From Tubulanus polymorphus (taxonomy: Eukaryota; Animalia; Nemertea): 64,000 nt of DNA. The notes below the pieces were generated by a model that had not been told where the DNA came from, ran no database searches, and worked only from the letters and a program-made list of their open reading frames with translations. Shown in pieces: positions 36,620-50,621 of the stretch (its first letter is position 1; each line of letters begins with the position of its first letter). The position numbers and the translations under genes are program-made. Where the stretch lies: positions 1,736,072 to 1,800,071 of the forward strand of contig NC_134034.1 in the NCBI RefSeq assembly GCF_964204645.1, read 5' to 3'.

Positions 36620-39600
36620 ATGTTGAATACGAAAGTGTTTTGCGCGTTGGCAATCTTGTTTGTCGTGAGCGGCGCTTCTGGATCCGTCATTTCTCGAGGT
36701 AAGGTCGTAAAAGCTTAAACGATGAGATTCCCGTCTCAAAATCATCGATTTATACGCGTAGAATTGATTTCCTGATTTCCTGATTTCTATAGACGCGGAA
36801 GGCGGCGATGACATGAACGTTTTGGACCGGATCATGAAGGTCAATGAGCGATTAGTGAAAAGAGACGCAATCGACGTAAACGAAGATGAAAACGCAGACG
36901 ATGCCATCAATAGAATCAATGACGGTAAATATCCGCTCCCTGGACCAAATTATTTCAAATCGAGAATCTGAAATTGAATGCGAATAATGAACTATCAACG
37001 ATTCAAGTTGTTAAAATTTGCTTTAAGGAGGAAAATGATAACGGTAATAATTGTTCAGTAGTTTTGATGGAGAGAAAATGAAATAAACTATTGGGCCCGT
37101 TTTGCAGACTGGTATCAACTTAAACCCGGGGCTAACTGATTTCAAAATGAACTGAGTATAAACCCCCGCGTTGAACCTGTCTGTAAAACCGGGCCCAGGG
37201 TTTGAGGATTTATCCTATGGGATTAACCCCAGTCTATCAACCAGAGTCCGGTTTCACAAAAAGGATTAAAGCCTAAATCAATTTAAAATAAAGTGAATTA
37301 ATGAAGACATTAAATCGATTTAAGAGTTAAACCTTTTTGTGAAACTGGGTCCAGGGGTCAGTTGGTCATAAGTTGGTTAGTGTTAATCTGTAGATAGTTG
37401 ACATATTAACAATTAAAACTTCATTGTCACTTTATGGTATTTATCCGCCATTTATCTTTATCCAAACTTTGAGCAACTGACCCCAGGCGTCCTATGTTAA
37501 TAGTGGCAAAATTCGAAAATACGTCTATCAATATATTCTTCAAATGAAACACAGGTTTGTCGTTGTTGGAGGGTGATATCGTCGTTTCTGATGAAGAACA
37601 AGAAAATGGAGAAAACAAAAGATCAGTGGCTAATGTTAATCTGTGGCAAGCGAGTGCGATTCCGTACGAGATAGACAGCTCCCTTTCAGAGAGTAAGTAA
37701 TGACTTTTCTGAGTGGCTTTTTTTCATTTTGTCAACAAAGATAATCGGTGCATTTCCGCGCGAAAGTGCGCTTAATATTGCCTTTTTGGACATCAAAGTG
37801 TCATGTTTGGAGCTCGATAAGTCCTTCAAACTTGGCCCCTCGGTGCGGGTACAACTTTTCGGGCATCAAGTGCCTTTTGGGACTTGACAAAACCAACGAA
37901 TTGTTATTTCAAGGTGGAAAGTCTATGGTCCCGGTAGCGATCGCTGAACTCGAGGATAAAACGTGTTTGCAATTCCGACCGAAACAAAGCGGAGACAGCA
38001 AATGGATGCGATTCGTTGGAGGATCCGGGTATGTTTAAAATATCGCCTGGGCCACTTACCGAAATATCGTCTTCATTCGACAGAATTGCGAAATTGAATT
38101 TCATTAAAGCAAAAGCTCTACGTAACTACTTGGATCAAGTTTAACAGACTCTAATATATAAACTGTCGAAGTGGATATATAATGCACAATCAATGATTGA
38201 CCTAATGTGTCACCGCAACACTAGGAATTTCAGTAGAAATTTATAAATCGATAAATGAACGTTCAGTGGTGGATCCGTCCAGGGATTCAGATTACCTTAG
38301 ACAGGAGCGCAAAGAAATGATAAGGGTTCTGAAAATTGTTATGTTAAGTATCCACAAGCGTCTACATATGCATACAATTTTAAGGCACTCGAGCCGAGCT
38401 TTCTTATGGGCAGTTCTGTTTCAAGAAAAGGGGCGCTTTTTACCATGAAAAGGCACTCTCCTGTCGAAAAAGGCTAGATCTTAGATACGAAGTGTCCGTT
38501 TACCGGGACCTGAGTAAATGAATTTGGCAATGGATTTCCATTAAAAGACATGGAAATTGTATCTAAATTTCGAAAAATCTTGGCCCAAAATTGTTGGCGC
38601 TGACTTTTTGAAGGTCACTTTGAAAATTCTAGGGGGTTCATTCCTTGAGCCCGCGTCTGGATCCGCCGCTTGGACGATCTACTGTCATAGTTTTTTTTCA
38701 CTTATCGAACAACTCGTTTTATCGTTTCTTAAAAGATGTTCGTCTGCGGTTGGGCGGACTTCATCGCAAGGTGGTCAGGCAATTACAATCGGAAATGGAT
38801 GCGAAACATCCGGAATTATCATACACGAAATCATGCACGCTTTAGGTAAGACATGAATAACGTTATCGTATATAACTTACATAGCATTATCAAAATATAT
38901 AATCAATAACTTATGGCATCATCAAAAATTACTTAACTTTTAAGTGGAGATGGAGAAACTATTGGGATCTATAGCATTATCAAATATAACTTAACTTTTT
39001 AGTGAGGATGTAGAAACTACTGGGATCTATAGCATTATCAAATATAACTTTAAGTGGGGATGTAGAAACTACTGGGATCTATAGCATTATCAAATATAAC
39101 TTTTTAGTGAGGATGTAGAAACTACTGGGATCTATAGCATTATCAAATATAACTTTAAGTGGGGATGTAGAAACTATTGGGATCTATAGCATGATCAAAT
39201 ATAACTTTAAGTGGGAATTTAGAAACTACTGGGATCTATAGCATTATCAATTATAACTTTAAGTGGGGATGTAGAAACTACAACTGGGATCTATAGCATT
39301 ATCAAATATAACTTTAAGTGGGGATGTAGAAACTACAACTGGGATCTATAGCATTATCAAATATAACTTTAAGTGGGGATGTAGAAACTACAACTGGGAT
39401 CTATAGCATTATCAAATATAACTTTAAGTGGGGATGTAGAAACTATTAGAGGATATATAGCATTATCAAATATAACTTTAAGTGGGGATGTAGAAACTAC
39501 AACTGGGATCTATAGCATTATCAAATATACCTTTTTAGTGGGGATGTAGAAACTATTAGAGGATATAGAATATATTCTATCTTTTTGTAGAAACTATAAT

Positions 39601-42600
39601 GTAATTTTTGATTGTTTCCTCTTTCATACTGGTTATATCTGATAATATTTTCTTCGACTAAACGCGTGTCTGATGTATCTTATTCCGCAGGATTCAAGCA
39701 CGAACAATCGAGACCGGATCGGGATGAACACGTGAAGATCTACTACGAAAACATTAGATCTGGTCTGTACAGCTATTATAGTAAAAACGCAAAAAAATAC
39801 ACGATTGTAGGTTACTATTTACCTAAAATATCCGGGGGGCCGAGAGAAACATAGACATGAGGTCGATCTAGAGCGAGCTTGTTCAGATTATTATTCGTCG
39901 TTAATCAATCATGTTAATACTAACATAACCATTATTTTGAGAGACTGCAACGTTATGAAATAAGTTATATTTCCGCGAGCATTTTGTCCATACACCAGCC
40001 CCGGTACGGGCCTCTAAAATATAACTCCACTCATGTAGATTGATTAATCCCTACGATAGTCATTTACAATTTACTAATGATCGAACTTGTTTCTCATTTA
40101 ACCGGCAGGCAAAGAGCATAATTTCAATCGTGACACCAACAGCGATAGACAAGGTTTGAATTACGATTTCGGCAGTGTTATGCATTACGGAAAGACTGCG
40201 TTCACCATGAACGGTCGACCAACCATCGAAGCTATCGCTAACCCAGCCCAAACGTTCGGACAACGAAACGGACCGAGTGAACTTGATATTTTGGGGATAA
40301 ATATTCTTTACGGATGTAGATCAGGTAAAAAAAGGAAATTTACTATTTCTGTGAACTACGTTTTCATATTTGCGATTATCCTACGTACTTCGGGGATGGA
40401 TATAGACATGAGCAACAAGCAGCACCTTGTGTCCCTATTGAAAATACAATGACAATTTATTAAGGCAAGTGCCTAGAAATAGGTGTGAAAATGCAATGAC
40501 CCATCAAGATTTTTCACACCCCTGTTTTAGCTTGGTACGACTCGCTATTTGTGAAAACTTGCCCTTTTCATAGGTGCCTATGCGCTTTTCGTATCTTGGT
40601 GCCCTTCTCATAGCCTAGTCTGCCCTGTATCCGCTCCTGTTTGCTTTTTATCGTGGTTTTCACGTATCGATGGATCTACTTGTAGAACCGGGTCCATCCA
40701 TCACCCAGTGGACCGTGTGGAGTTATTGCAGCGATACTACCGGTGCGTGTCAAAAAACGAGGGAAAGATTTTGTAAATCGACGACCGATTGCCCGAATAT
40801 CGACGACAACGGACTGGATACCGAAACTACAGCCTGCGACCCGTCGGGATGTCTTCGTACGTTCTGCAACTTTTTAACGATAATCAGCAGCTTGAAGTGA
40901 TTTTTGCACAGTCAGATATATCATCCATTTCTGCTCCTTTTTCCAACAGTTTTGCCTTAAATCAACTAAGCTTCATATTTTGAACGAAAACAAATGAAAA
41001 AGATTTACCAGTGAATCTTTTGAAATCGATGCTCAAATTTTCATGAGGCCGGGTATCTGGGCTTAACTACGTCAATAAACGCAACCCCCGAACACCCCTA
41101 AGTACGGTCCGTACGTGATCAGATTCCATTCTGGGTTATTCTATTTTCAGCGAGACGCGATGGACATTGGAGTGCGTGGTCGTCATATGGACCATGTAGC
41201 GCATCGTGTGGTTATGGGATTAATCAAAGAAATCGAACATGTGACAACCCAGCACCACAAAATGGCGGAAGCCCGTGCCGAGGAGCATCAATTGAAACTA
41301 AACGATGTGTAAACCCTGTTTGTGTATACGGTAGGCGGTCTTGTGTCTTGAACGAGTGTGTATCCCATCGATATGATCGGTACTCATTTTGAGTTATCTG
41401 CTTTGGTACACGCGAGCAAGTTCCGACGGCATCAACTGACAAAAAGAACATCGCAAAACATCGTAGTGAATGATAAAATGATATCCCGCAAATCATCTTT
41501 AAACAAAATGCTATCAAATATTCTTCTAGGTTCATTGAATACTGATTTTGAGGCGGATAACGGAATATGGAGTATTAAGCAGGGAGATTTTGAATGGATG
41601 AGACGATCAGGCCGTACACCAAGTGGGTGCACCGGTCCAAGTGGAGACCATACGTCTGGAAATGGTACGAATAGTTTGTGGCTCCTCCATACACGCCTTA
41701 CTTTCCTCAATCTGTGAGAAAATGAATTCTACAACATCGTTAACTTAAATGATACATCCCCACTTGTCATACAATATTGAAATAGTGTTTCCTTCCATAT
41801 TAAATGTTCTTTCATGCCTATTTCCCAACAGCTTCATTTCCCTACCTTGAAGAGTCACTTTGCTTATTGCAGGAATGTATGTGTATATGGAATCGTCTGC
41901 CCCGGTAAAAGAAGGTGACCAAATGGCTCTTGACGCAATTTTCCATTCAGCGTTTGATGGCTGTGCCATGAACTTCTATTATCACATGTCGGGTTCAAGC
42001 ATGGGACGATTAGAAGTAAAACTCAACGGACACGTTGTGTTTGAGCGATCTGGGGATCAGGGAAATCAATGGAACCTGGGATCAGTTACAATCGGTCAAG
42101 GAGACGCCGCAGTACGTACTCGGTACACAGCTTATCTTATCTATACTTTAACCAACAATCTGAGAAATGTATTTTTCATGAATTTTCAGATCGAGTTTGT
42201 CGCTACCCGAGGAAGCAGTTATTGTTCCGATATAGCGATTGATGACGTCACTTTTTCTTCAGATTGCAATTCCACACACGGTAAGTTAGCTAGAGGTTGG
42301 ACGCAAATGTTAAATGTAAATAGCAAAACACAAATTACACAATAAAATGACTTGACACAAGAGCTCTGCTCACTTATCGACGTGTCCCAAATTATCAAAG
42401 AGTTAGGAGACAATTTTGTTTATACTTCGTAATCGGAATGATTCTCTCCTATATATTAGGTCCACTGCATAACTTTTTGCATGATTTTGAGATGGATAAC
42501 GGAATATGGAACTCGCAGGGAAAATTACAATGGAGAAGATATTCAGGCTTTACACCATCTTCATGCACCGGTCCAAGTGGAGATCATACGTCTGGATATG

Positions 42601-43128
42601 GTACGAGCAGTCTCTAGCCAGGAAATGTCCTGAAGTAGAGAGCGTTAAGTGAAAAATAGGTGGTCATACAATTATGGCGGTATCGCGACCAGCATTGTTC
42701 AATATTCATTCTTAATTTCAGGAATTTATTTGTACATCGAATCTTCTAGCCCGGCAAGAGAAGGCGATCAAGGCATTCTTAAAGCGAACATCCATTCAGC
42801 GTCTGATTCCTGCGTCATGAACTTTTATTATCACATGTATGGATATACAATGGGAAAATTAGAAGTTAAACTCAACGGAAACGTTGTGTTTGATCGATCC
42901 AGTAATCAGGGAAATCAATGGAAACTCGGATCAGTTACAATCGGTCAAGGAGACGCCGCAGTACGTACTCAGTACACAGCTTATCTTATCTATATTTTTA
43001 CCAACAATCTGAGAAATGTATTTCGTCTGTATTTTCAGATCGAGTTCGTCGCTACCCGAGGAAGCGGTTATTGTTCCGACATAGCGATTGATGACGTTAC
43101 TTTATCCGAGGAATGCTTTTCAACGTAA
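36620..43128 (+). CDS. secreted astacin (M12A) metalloprotease: signal-prodomain-astacin-2xTSP1-2xMAM
   Basis: Exons 36620-36698, 36793-36924, 37555-37692 (EGDI..KR|S..W..IPY), 37914-38028, 38736-38845 and 39691-39762 (HEIMHALGFKHEQSRPDRD), 40109-40324 (SVMHY Met-turn), 40686-40856 and 41151-41330 (WSAWSSYGPCSASCG, TSP1), 41530-41664, 41873-42111, 42190-42280 (MAM1), 42460-42600, 42722-42960, 43039-43128 (MAM2, DIAIDDV); AATAAA ~43240. Confidence 0.93.
38880..39565. repeat. ~53-bp intronic minisatellite
   Basis: TATAGCATTATCAAATATAACTTTAAGTGGGGATGTAGAAACTA units. Confidence 0.9.
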
Positions 43129-44407
43129 CCAGTCACATCACCAGTAATCACAGAAGTTAAATGTGATCTCAATTAATTTTACTGACGCGGTACTACCTGT
43201 GGTTCATTGACAACGCGTGTGTAATGTTGAGTTAGTAAGAATAAAATCAGTTGATCAGTAATATTAGAGCAAACACGTGTGTTCTTGTTTCTCTTAGTTT
43301 CGTATGCGTCGTAAAACACGGTCTAAAGAACACTGTCTTGTTTGCAGATACTAAATCGATATCGACAGCTCACGTTGTTGGGTCGAAAGCTAACCCTGAT
43401 CAGCACCCTCCGTGGCACCAGGGTTGTCACACGAAGTCGTGCTTAAAAATGCGGGCGTAGGTCGGCCTTGCGACAGCTTGCGACTCACTGCGAGCGCCAG
43501 CGACAATCGCATCGCTACGACCCATCGACATACGCTATCGTGCGACTGCCAGCGATGGGTTGCGACTGCCAGCCGCAATGAGTCGCACATGTTTGACTTT
43601 CTGCAACGTGACGCCTGAGTTCATGGCCGTACGAACCTAGCTTCGTGAACGCGTAGGTCCGACGAAGGGGTTGAATAGAATATAGGCGATCAAAGCGGTG
43701 AAGTGTAGGGACCCTTGACATAGCGCAGCCTTGAACTCAGGCGAGTTTAAGCGTTAATTTTAGCACTCTTGAGACGTAAAAACGTTTTACATGGGCCGGT
43801 GGAATGATATGACGAGCTACCTACGTCACAGGCACGACGACACCGGTCTACGTAGAAGTAATTAAATAAGGGTCATGCATACGTCAAAGTTTAAAGAGTA
43901 TGGGAGGTGAGGGGAGAACATAAGAGAGTTCGAGCTAGGAGTTGAGCTAGGAGTTGAGCTAGAGAGGAGGTTATGAAGACTGAGAACTTGAACGAGAATT
44001 GAGAAGGAAAGTTGTACTGAGGCCATCCACATTTGTACTCATTGTCACTCTGATGACTAGGATAATATATCGAAGAAGACAACACCGATAAGATCACACT
44101 CAACGATAGAAGAAAAGAATATGACCGATACACGGCGTATCAAATTAAGCCCGCTAGTCCTCGCTTGCCAGTGGTCCAATATCGCTCCCCGCTACCGGTC
44201 TCAATCTTCCATATTGAATGGGACAGGCAACCAGTCTATCCCCGAACTCGCTTCCACCAGTTCGTAGACTGGTTGCCGGTCTCTACCTTCAGCTAGACTG
44301 CAAATGCAGGTGGCGCAGAATTGGACAGGCGACCAGTCTAACCAGTTCGGGGAACAGCCAAAGGGAGACTCCGAGCTTTCATTTCGGGGATTACGCGCAC
44401 CTGGCAG

Positions 44408-44415
44408 TGACGTCA
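44408..44415. promoter_or_regulatory. palindromic CRE (TGACGTCA) 17 bp upstream of the OVCA2 ATG
   Basis: exact motif match; function not shown. Confidence 0.4.
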
Positions 44416-44431
44416 TTGTAGGAAACCCGGG

Positions 44432-47400
44432 ATGTCTAGCAGCGAGAAGTTAAAGGTATTTTTAACGCTAAATCATTTTATTCCATCGTCAATCGGGTAA
44501 AAATCGCTTCGAAATTAACAAATCGAAAAGAATATATCTCAATGTGGTTAATTTATAGTAAAAAATCGCGTGAAATTGAATTTCATTTCGGTCTAACGTT
44601 CGTTAGGCTACTCCTCTCCTCACACCACCACCACACACAGCACCACCACCACCACCAGACCAGGGACCTGCCAATAAAAATTTTGACCCCAGTATCCTAG
44701 GTACTAAATATAAGAAAAAATATTTTTTATATTAAGTACCTTGGGATACTGGGGTCAAAAATTTTGTGCACTCAACAAAAAGTCACCACAGACACAGTCA
44801 TAAAGCGGGCCTGGCACAAAATGTTTTTGACCCACTGGCACTATATGATATATATAGTACCTAGGGTACTGGGGTCAAAAATCTTTTTTGTCAGGGCCTT
44901 GTGTATTTTGTAATTGTTGGCATAAAAGCCCCAGCTAGCTTCGATGTCGTCAGTTATAACCTTCTTGTACAAATCATTTTTGGTTTTTTTTCTACAGATT
45001 TTATGTCTGCACGGATACAGGTATGTTAGAGCATTTTTTCACTGTTTTTAATGTTTGTTCTTGACGTGTCATAAAATAAACGCCCCCCATATATAGTCTT
45101 ATAGGCTAGTCTAATGTCTATTTCAACCTGACTTGAGAGCATTCCGGGTGGCCTAGCTCTCTCATTTTTGGTAGTACATACCTGATAAAGGTCTTAGTAG
45201 GACCAGAAAGGACTGGCAGTCGACCTAAATCATCATTTTTTAATCCACTTTAAACTGTATAGAAGGATATCCATAAAGACTTCACTGAAAGGGGTTAAAT
45301 GAAGAGAAATGAGACTCCATGATTTGAAAGTTTAACAATATGTTTCCATGCCTACGTACCAAACTTCAGTTGGTAGGCATGGAGACATATTGTTAAACTT
45401 TCAAATCATGGAGTCTCTTTTCTCTCATAAACCCCTTTCAATAAAGACTTTTTGGATATCCTTCAATATCCTTCCCATCCTCCCTACCACTTTCCCATCC
45501 TCCCTACCACCTTCCAATCCTCCCTACTTCCTACCAATCCTCCCTACCACCTTCCAATCCTCCCTACCCCCTTCCAATCCTCCCTATCGCCTTCCAATCC
45601 TCCCTATCACCTTCCAATCCTCCCTATTTCCTACCAATCCTCCATACCACCTTCCAATCCTCCCTACCCCCTTCCAATCCTCCCTATCACCTTCCAATCC
45701 TCCCTATCACCTTCCAATCCTCCCTATTTCCTACCAATCCTCCATACCACCTTCCAATCCTCCCTACCACCTTCCAATCCTCCCTACCACCATCTCTGCT
45801 GTCATTATTCTTATTCCGCTTTCAGACAAAATGAACAAACGTTCCGTGAGAAGACCGGAGCTTTCCGCAAAATAATTAAAAGTCACGCGGAATTAGGTAT
45901 GCAGGTAATCCGACCTATATTCTTAATTTTTGTAAAGAAAAAAAAAACTAATTCAATTTCATCTTAAAACTAATTCAAGTTCATCATAAAACTAATTTTT
46001 TAATTCTTTTTTTTTTACGAATACAGTTTATATCACGGCTCCAAATGTCGTTCCTTCTGTCACTTCAAACGAGCAGAATCATGAGGGTAAGAAATATTCA
46101 ACGTTAACAATATCATTTCTAAACATAGCGGTATTCATTGAAAAATGAAAAACTTCAGAATCCTTCCAGATGCTCAAACAATACATTTTTGTGGCGAAAT
46201 CAGAATTTCAGATCAGAGAATTTTTGGATAATCAGCAGAAACCCTCAAATATCCCTTAGCTTTTTTGGCCGTCGCAAACCCTCTAATTCGACACTCCTCG
46301 GAAATTACATTTCCTCAAAAACATCTAACAACCGCAGTTGGAACTCCACTGATATCCTAAATACCAGGGTGCGATCTAAGCACTAGCCCGATTGCCCGGG
46401 ACAAGTATATTCTCATCTGGGCAAGTAGGATATCATTATCACTTGTCCCCCGGGCTAGTGCAATTTTATGACACAAAGCTTTTTTTCCCACTCGATACAA
46501 CGGTGAATTGTGCCACAAATTGGAATACCTGTGGTGTAGGGCAAGTAGCTTTTGGAGGAGCGAGCAAAATTTCAGATATGCTTACCCCTCGGACAAGTGG
46601 CTTTATTCCTTAGATCGGACCCTGTGATACGCCATGCTTTATCCAAAACATGTCGTAGTCACTTCTTCGCGGCCTTCCAATCATCCTAGACCCGGATTTT
46701 TAAACTCTTTATTTCGTTTATCTCGTTAGATTCGGCGACCGTGAACGATCAGAGGGGTTGGTGGTTCTCGACGCCCGACGATTATTACCGGCCGCAGGAC
46801 GACACCGACTGCTGCAAGGGATTCGACGACTCGTTGAAGCTGATTGAGCAGACGATCGTCGAACACGGTCCGTTCGACGGCGTTCTCGGGTTCAGTCAGG
46901 GCGCGACGATGGCGTCGTTAGTTTGCGGTTTACACGAACAAAATCCAGGTACGTCGTATTTAGAAAACGGAAATGAATCCACAATATTCGCTTCATGCGG
47001 AGTCCCTACGACTACTTGATTCTTTATAAGTTCCTTTTAAACAGAAAATATTTTCGAAGGTGTTTGAAACTCCTTTGATTTAAACAAAATGCCTGAAACT
47101 CCTTCAATTTTGAGAAATAGACAATTAGAAATTTTTGTTGTCATACTGTTAACTAGGCCTGCACCTGAATAAGTTCAGTTGGGACCAGAATTTTTTGTTA
47201 GGCGGTCTCGGAATTAAACAAAGCTTAGGTAGCGTAACGGAACAATTTGCTTAAAAACCACTGGTTTACCGAGATAAACAATACTTATTAAGGAGGAGTC
47301 TTTAAGTAATTAGGATTTAAAAAAAGTGATGCAGACGCTTCCTCGAAATTTGCTCCTTTTAAACTCATTGAAAACACTTTATGTCCAGGAATAACTGATC

Positions 47401-48423
47401 TGTAGAAAATAGAATTGAATCCAAAAAAATTGCTTTATACTTTTGTACTGGGGTCTATTTTGAATATGTATTTGTTTTTGTTTTTCAGAGTCGGTTTTCA
47501 AGTTTAATTTCGCTGTTTTCATATCGGGATTTAAAAGCCATTCGAAACCTCACGATCAACTCTACTCAAAACCCGTATCAATACCTACTCTACACGTGTA
47601 CGGGGACGGTGACACCGTCATTCCTAAAGGTATTCAACTTTTAGTTACCGCTTCATTCTCTATGACCTGAACTATTCAGTAAAATTATGATTAGTTACTA
47701 ACGACTACCTTCTCATTCTCAATGACTTCAAAGATTCAGTGAAATTATGATTAGTTACTAATGACCTTCTCATTCTAAATGAGCTCAACAATTCAGTAAA
47801 ATTATAATTAGTTACTAATAATGACCTTCTCATTCTCAATGACTTCAAAGATTCAGTAAAATTATGATTAGTTTCTTATGACCTTCTCATTCTAAATGAG
47901 CTCAACAATTCAGTAAAATTATAATTAGTTACTAACAATGACCTTCTCAATCTCAATGACTTCAAAGATTCAGTAAAATTATGATTAGTTACTAATGACG
48001 ACCTTCTCATTCTAAATAAGGTCAACAATTCAGTAAAATTATAATTAGTTACTAACGACTACCTTCTCATTCTCAATGACTTCAACAATTCGGTTAAATT
48101 ATTATTAGTTACTAATGACGACCTCCTGATTAGTTTCTTATGACAACCTTCTCATTCTAAATGAGCTCAACAATTCAGTAAAATTATAATTAGTTACTAA
48201 CAATGACCTTCTCATTCTCAATGACTTCAACGATTCAGCTAAATTATAATTTTCGAATTATGATTTAATTATAGAAATGAGCGAAGATTTTCTACGATAT
48301 TTCGTCAAGCCGCAGACGTTGACCCATCCCGGAGGACACTTCGTTCCCGCATCCGGAGCGCAGAAAAAAGTTTACCAGAATTTTTTCAACAACATGATGA
48401 AAAATAAACTCGACAATAGTTGA
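44432..48423 (+). CDS. OVCA2: esterase OVCA2 / FSH1-family serine hydrolase
   Basis: Exons 44432-44455, 44998-45020 (ILCLHGYR), 45826-45896, 46027-46086, 46730-46948 (RGWWF..GPFDGVLGFSQGA), 47489-47629 (PTLHVYGDGDTVIP), 48275-48423 (HPGGHFVP); Ser-Asp-His triad intact. Confidence 0.92.
44680..44900. mobile_element. two short palindromic MITE-like elements in OVCA2 intron 1
   Basis: TTTTGACCCCAGTATCC..GGATACTGGGGTCAAAA fold-backs. Confidence 0.6.
45111..45468. mobile_element. fold-back element (CTAATGTCTATTT terminus), right arm truncated; another fragment at 54451-54630
   Basis: inverted arms around CATGCCTAC..GTAGGCATG at ~45347-45381. Confidence 0.65.
45469..45792. repeat. 20-bp pyrimidine-rich minisatellite (CCTTCCAATCCTCCCTACCA)
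   Basis: ~16 tandem copies. Confidence 0.95.
46365..46624. mobile_element. MITE with CAGGGT(G/C)CGATCTAAG TIRs (hAT-like)
   Basis: 16-bp TIRs with one mismatch; no clear TSD. Confidence 0.6.
47665..48260. repeat. 60-bp minisatellite in the last OVCA2 intron
   Basis: same family as 6570-7430. Confidence 0.9.
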
Positions 48424-48588
48424 TCTACGTAGACTAGTGCGCAACCTAGTGGATGAACTATGTATTATTATTTATGACGCGTGCGTCTGTGTGAGGAATT
48501 TGTTTGTTTTTTCTTTTTCGAGGGAATAATTTTATTTTTGACGGAATAAAATCTGTGATCTTCGTATCTCATTTGTGACCATTTTATC

Positions 48589-49136
48589 CTAATGTCTATT
48601 TATTAATTGATGAGACCTGTTTTTCTGGGGTATTTTGCTTACTTTTTGGGGTACATACCTCATTTATGTCTTAACAGAATGCCAAAAATCGCGGACAACA
48701 ACTGAATATCCGATATATTTCCAGTTCTGTACCAATTAGATGGATTGGCAAAAAGACTCCTTAAGTCCAGTTGAATGAGAGAGAAAATCCTCCATTTTGT
48801 CAAATTTCTTGGATTTGAACATTGTTACCATGCCTACGCCACCCTGATTTAGTTGTTGAGACCCCACAAGAAAAATAACTACATTTCGTAGGCATGGTGA
48901 CAATGTAAAAATTCAAGAAATTTCACAAAATGGAGGATTTTCTCTCTCATTCAATTGGACTTAAGGAGTCTTTTTGCCAATCCATCTAATTGATAAAGAA
49001 CTGGAAATATATCGGATATTCAGTTGTTGTCCGCGATTTTTGGCATTCTGTTAAGACATAAATGAGGTATGTACCCCAAAAAGTAAGCAAAATATCCAAG
49101 AAAAACAGGTCTCATCCATTAATAAATAGACATTAG
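48589..49136. mobile_element. 548-bp fold-back element/MITE with ~250-bp near-perfect inverted arms
   Basis: CTAATGTCTATTTATTAAT... / ...ATTAATAAATAGACATTAG, spacer ~48839-48887. Confidence 0.85.
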
Positions 49137-49167
49137 TTCATTTTAATTCATTCGTTGGTTGAAAATG

Positions 49168-49813
49168 AACCAGTCTGATTACATCATTCACCAGTTTGAT
49201 TACATCATTCACCAGTCTGATTACATCATTTACCAGTCTGATTACATCATTTACCAGTCTGATTACATCAATCACCAGTTTGATTACATCATTCACCAGT
49301 CTGATTACATCATTCACCAGTTTGATTACATCATTCACCAGTCTGATTACATCATTCACCAGTTTGATACATCATTCACCAGTCTGATTACATCATTCAC
49401 CAGTCTGATTACATCATTCACCAGTTTGATTACATCATTCACCAGTCTGATTACATCATTCACCAGTCTGATTACATCATTCACCAGTTTGATTACATCA
49501 TTCACCAGTCTGATTACATCATTCACCAGTTTGATACATCATTCACCAGTCTGATTACATCATTCACCAGTCTGATTACATCATTCACCAGTTTGATTAC
49601 ATCATTCACCAGTCTGATTACATCATTCACCAGTCTGATTACATCATTCACCAGTTTGATTACATCATTCACCAGTCTGATTACATCATTCACCAGTCTG
49701 ATTACATCATTCACCAGTTTGATTACATCATTCACCAGTTTGATTACATCATTCACCAGTCTGATTACATCACTCACCAGTTTGCTTACATCATTCACCA
49801 GTCTGATTACATC
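49168..49813. repeat. 21-bp minisatellite (ACCAGTCTGATTACATCATTC)
   Basis: ~30 tandem copies. Confidence 0.97.
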
Positions 49814-50621
49814 AGAAAATTCACCACAGTCCAATTAGGCAATTAACCAGTCCAGTAAACCACAGTAAGATTTAATGCCCTTTCCATCCAGATGTTTGTC
49901 GTAGCCTGGTTACCGTATCCAGGCAATTTACCACCAATGTCCGGTTACACCCGTTTACGATCGAAGAACAAGAACACTGAACTTATCTCGAATATAAATT
50001 TGTTTTATTTCCAGCAGAAACATAAACATTACAATTCAATAGTTGAATTATCTTAAAATACAAGCTAAAGTGATTATATCAAATTATATCGCTTAATATA
50101 TCCACACTTACAGAAAACATGGCCGCTTCTCGAGATACCCCTACGACATCATTGCAATCATTTTAGAAAAGAGCTCTTTTCTAGGAAGGTCTACATATCT
50201 TAGTATGGAATCACTAGCAGGTAACTTGCCGAGGTCAAAACAGATATTTTGGAGGCGGACATCTTTTTTTTAAGCAGGGTCCAGGTCAAATCACTGAACA
50301 TAGATGATGTCATAGGGGGACAATTTGATGACGTCATAAGGGGATTTATGAAGGAAGACATCTAGAAGTGTCTACAGATAACATGACTGGTTGAGTTTGA
50401 TGATGTCATAGGGGGATGGAGGTAGTCATCTTTTCTTCTAGAAGTGCCTACTGATCAAATCGCTGAATAGGCAATTTGATGGAAGAAGCCATCTTTTCTG
50501 GAAAGTTAGGATGGAGACATATTCTTAATACTGATATTGCATTAATTAAAACCAATCATTTAAAACAGTTTTCAGTCTACGTAGATAGAGAGCTTCCTGC
50601 GGCGGGTGAGGATTTCGTGCT

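Noticed and set aside
45348-45825. Pro-rich ORFs (PSNPPYHLPILP..)
   Set aside because: 20-bp minisatellite in an OVCA2 intron; only 45826-45896 is coding.
49138-49838. Coiled-coil-like heptad ORFs (VNDVIRL / ITSFTSL)
   Set aside because: 21-bp minisatellite with 19-bp frameshifting units and no gene structure.
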